Source: Fidelibacterota bacterium | GTDB lineage: Bacteria > Fidelibacterota > UBA2242 | Direction: 5' to 3' | Assembly (NCBI GenBank): GCA_011046365.1 | Contig: DSAS01000187.1 | Span: forward strand, 1-55,953 | Length of the DNA: 55,953 nt | In this document: positions 53,921-55,953 of the stretch, one piece after another | Position numbering within the stretch: position 1 is the stretch's first letter | How the letters are laid out: every line of letters begins with the position of its first letter | Translations under genes and position numbers: made by a program | Notes under the pieces: generated by a model | What the model saw: the letters and a program-made list of their open reading frames with translations, nothing else | Told to the model about the DNA's origin: nothing | Database searches by the model: none

Positions 53921-55828
53921 TTATTTAATAAACAGCATTTTGCCAGACTGAATATTTTGGTCAGCCAAAAGCGAATAAAAATAGAGACCGGAAGGCATCG
54001 GTTTACCTTCAGCGTTATTACCATCCCACCATTCATAATATTCACCGGCAGGTAAATAATTATTAATTAATATAGCAACTTCCTGTCCGTGTATATTATA
54101 AATTGTTAGTTTTATTTTTACCGGTTTATCCAAAAAGAAAGGAATCATCGTTCCGGCATTGAACGGATTTGGATAATTTGGTAAAAGCCGAAAGTGTTTG
54201 ACAAATTGTTCTTCTTGATCAATAACATTCACCGCTGCCCGGCGTCTTTCTTCCAGTTGTGCCAAATACAAAGAGCGTGGATCCAAGCCCGGTTGGTTAG
54301 AACCTTCAATATAGCCTTCCGGTTCCTCAAACTCCGCATAAGGTAATTCTCCTGTAATTCGATATCCGAAACAACCAATGGCATAATTCTGAGCAGTTGG
54401 CGGTTTTTGAACAATCAGGTAACCGTTTGCAACATCGCAATTCCAAGCCACTGAATGGGCGGCAGCCCATCCGTGACTGGTCCCATAGTATCCTCTGTTA
54501 TATAGCCCAAGCAGTCGTGGATTCAACCCAGATCGCGGACCATCCAGTTCTTCATGATTATCAAAAAGCAGACCCATTGACCAACTACGGTGTCCTTCAC
54601 TGCTTGTGTAGGCTCCGGAAGACGTACAATCCAGAAACACACACCCGGAAGTATATGTTGTACCGTTGGATACATAATGATGACGACCATTGCTGGCATG
54701 ACAATTTTTAAACAGTATTTGTTGAGATGCTGTGTAAACATTAAAATTATAACGCCGCTCTCCCGTAATAATACTAACCGGATCCAGTGCACGACAGTTT
54801 TCGGCTGTAATCCGAGTAGCAGTATTGCAGCGAATACCGGATTGTCCAAAATGTAGGAAGGTGCAATTCCGTACCCAAGCATCCTCAATTTGTACCAAAT
54901 CCAATGCCTGCCAGGCATGATCTTCATCCGTACCACCGGCTGTTTCAATATCAATCCGCAGGTTTTCAATGCCAATTTTAGTTTTTAGGTTACTTCGGCT
55001 GTACTTGTAGACATAAGATTGGGACAACTCTCTGATTAGAGTGTTGAACACGGGCGCATCGATGGTGACGGTATCACCTTGAATTGCCGTAATATAACGA
55101 TTGAATACGATCGGCCAACTTCCCACAGTCCACGGAATATCCTCTTCGGTAGCACCACTTTCATTGCTATGAGTTCCACCATAATCAATAGATTGCAACC
55201 AGGCTTCTGTACAGGGATGATAAATGATAATGTTATCACCAACTGTGTATACCGATGCATCGCTCACAACGAATTTTCGCTCTCCGACAAAAACAGTATC
55301 ACTGATAATATCTTTCCGGGTTCCGGCTACTTCGTCACGCCAGCGATTATTTAAAGTACCACCGCCAACCATCAACACCGTGCGTTGGGCGGGTGAATTT
55401 CCGGTAGCGTATAGAATCGTGTTAAAAGTTGGATCGTCGCCATCTCCCGAGCCACGGAGTACCACACCGGAATACTTAAAAATGATGGTCCCTCTGATTT
55501 CCCAAATTCCCGGCTCTAAGAGTAAAGTACCCCGAAAACCATTTTCATCGGACGGCATGTAATATATCTGAGACAGAGCATTCATGATCCGCGTCGTATT
55601 ATCTCCGTCCAACGGTGCCAGTGTTTTCACAACCGGTACATCGGGAATGGCTTGTAGTCCACCCATGTAACCGGCATAGCTGAAATCCGGGATACAATTG
55701 CCTTCTGCATCGGAAACATACACCAGAGAGCTGTCTTCACCATAATAGACAATTTGTGATTGCCAGAAACTCTGACTATAGCAAATTAAAGATAACAAAA
55801 TTAAAGAAAAAGTAAGATATCTTTTCAT
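53921..55828 (-). CDS. right-handed beta-helix (pectate-lyase-fold) protein with T9SS-type C-terminal domain
   Basis: Signal peptide. Repetitive NC.F/NC.A segments (VRNCTFLHF, AENCRALD, FKNCHASNG, VFLDCTS) are typical of parallel beta-helix repeats. C-terminus: LLPNYPNPFNAGT...SGLYFYSLLAD...KMLFIK. Confidence 0.65.
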   Translation of the reverse strand: MKRYLTFSLILLSLICYSQSFWQSQIVYYGEDSSLVYVSDAEGNCIPDFSYAGYMGGLQAIPDVPVVKTLAPLDGDNTTRIMNALSQIYYMPSDENGFRGTLLLEPGIWEIRGTIIFKYSGVVLRGSGDGDDPTFNTILYATGNSPAQRTVLMVGGGTLNNRWRDEVAGTRKDIISDTVFVGERKFVVSDASVYTVGDNIIIYHPCTEAWLQSIDYGGTHSNESGATEEDIPWTVGSWPIVFNRYITAIQGDTVTIDAPVFNTLIRELSQSYVYKYSRSNLKTKIGIENLRIDIETAGGTDEDHAWQALDLVQIEDAWVRNCTFLHFGQSGIRCNTATRITAENCRALDPVSIITGERRYNFNVYTASQQILFKNCHASNGRHHYVSNGTTYTSGCVFLDCTSSGAYTSSEGHRSWSMGLLFDNHEELDGPRSGLNPRLLGLYNRGYYGTSHGWAAAHSVAWNCDVANGYLIVQKPPTAQNYAIGCFGYRITGELPYAEFEEPEGYIEGSNQPGLDPRSLYLAQLEERRRAAVNVIDQEEQFVKHFRLLPNYPNPFNAGTMIPFFLDKPVKIKLTIYNIHGQEVAILINNYLPAGEYYEWWDGNNAEGKPMPSGLYFYSLLADQNIQSGKMLFIK

Positions 55829-55829
55829 G

Positions 55830-55953
55830 CTATTTCAGGTACATCATTTTTATCATATTGGAATTATTACCGGCAATCAAACGGCAGATATAAACACCCG
55901 ACGAAATGAATTCCGGCGTCCAGGTTATTGAATAATTTCCAGCATCGCAATAG
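55830..55953 (-). CDS. C-terminal fragment of another T9SS-cargo protein (gene continues beyond window)
   Basis: Manual minus-strand translation gives ...YCDAGNYSITWTPEFISSGVYICRLIAGNNSNMIKMMYLK followed by a stop (TAG at 55830-55832). This is a typical T9SS CTD ending. Not in the ORF track because it is truncated. Confidence 0.6.
   Translation of the reverse strand, partial: YCDAGNYSITWTPEFISSGVYICRLIAGNNSNMIKMMYLK

Noticed and set aside
1-55953. CRISPR arrays, rRNA genes, prophage or integrase modules, toxin-antitoxin pairs and known defence systems.
   Set aside because: No direct-repeat/spacer arrays, no rRNA-like conserved blocks, no integrase, capsid or terminase-like proteins, and no nuclease, ATPase or methylase combinations typical of defence islands were seen. 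The ExeA-like ATPase is embedded in a glycan cluster rather than a defence context.

Overview
The window looks like a chromosomal, mostly housekeeping segment. Four proteins end in type IX secretion-style C-terminal sorting domains (NPFNP... GVY.Y.L...), so the host is probably an FCB-group or related candidate-phylum bacterium; this is inference only.

Content from left to right:
1. A surface-glycan biosynthesis cluster (GT4, PHP-like membrane protein, WbqC, PIG-L deacetylase, DegT aminotransferase, WecA/MraY-like transferase). It is followed by an ExeA-like ATPase, an HD-GYP protein and a convergent GAF membrane sensor.
2. panD, a PAP2 phosphatase, a short GNAT and an SGNH hydrolase.
3. An Rrf2-nifS-nifU Fe-S operon.
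4. A translationally coupled heavy-metal RND efflux operon: a Cys-rich small protein, a TolC-like protein, a long CusB-like adaptor, a CusA/CzcA gene broken by a single in-frame TAG, and an HMA lipoprotein.
5. An alkyltransferase-like protein, a GHL10 hydrolase, a flavodoxin and a HAD hydrolase.
6. A compact five-gene operon: QPRT-family (nadC-like) enzyme, NifS-SelD fusion, unknown 306-aa protein, TPK-family kinase and SSS transporter.
7. tRNA-Val, a COG1579 Zn-ribbon protein, RNase P RNA, recJ, fabH and pgpH-ybeY-mazG.
8. A roughly 185-nt highly structured intergenic element with its own promoter-like signal (candidate 6S RNA).
9. Minus-strand DUF512-der-metalloprotease-yigZ.
10. About 500 bp of unexplained non-coding DNA next to an intact IS630-family transposase gene.
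11. A minus-strand uronate-polysaccharide degradation cluster: two PL5-like lyases, a GH88-GH2 fusion and beta-helix T9SS cargo.

I found no rRNA, CRISPR array, prophage or recognisable defence island, and no clear-cut new multi-gene system. The best follow-up candidates are the selD-centred operon with its unknown protein, the 6S-like RNA, the repeat-bearing non-coding region beside IS630, and the nonsense codon in the RND pump. All family calls come from motif recognition by eye; no searches were run.
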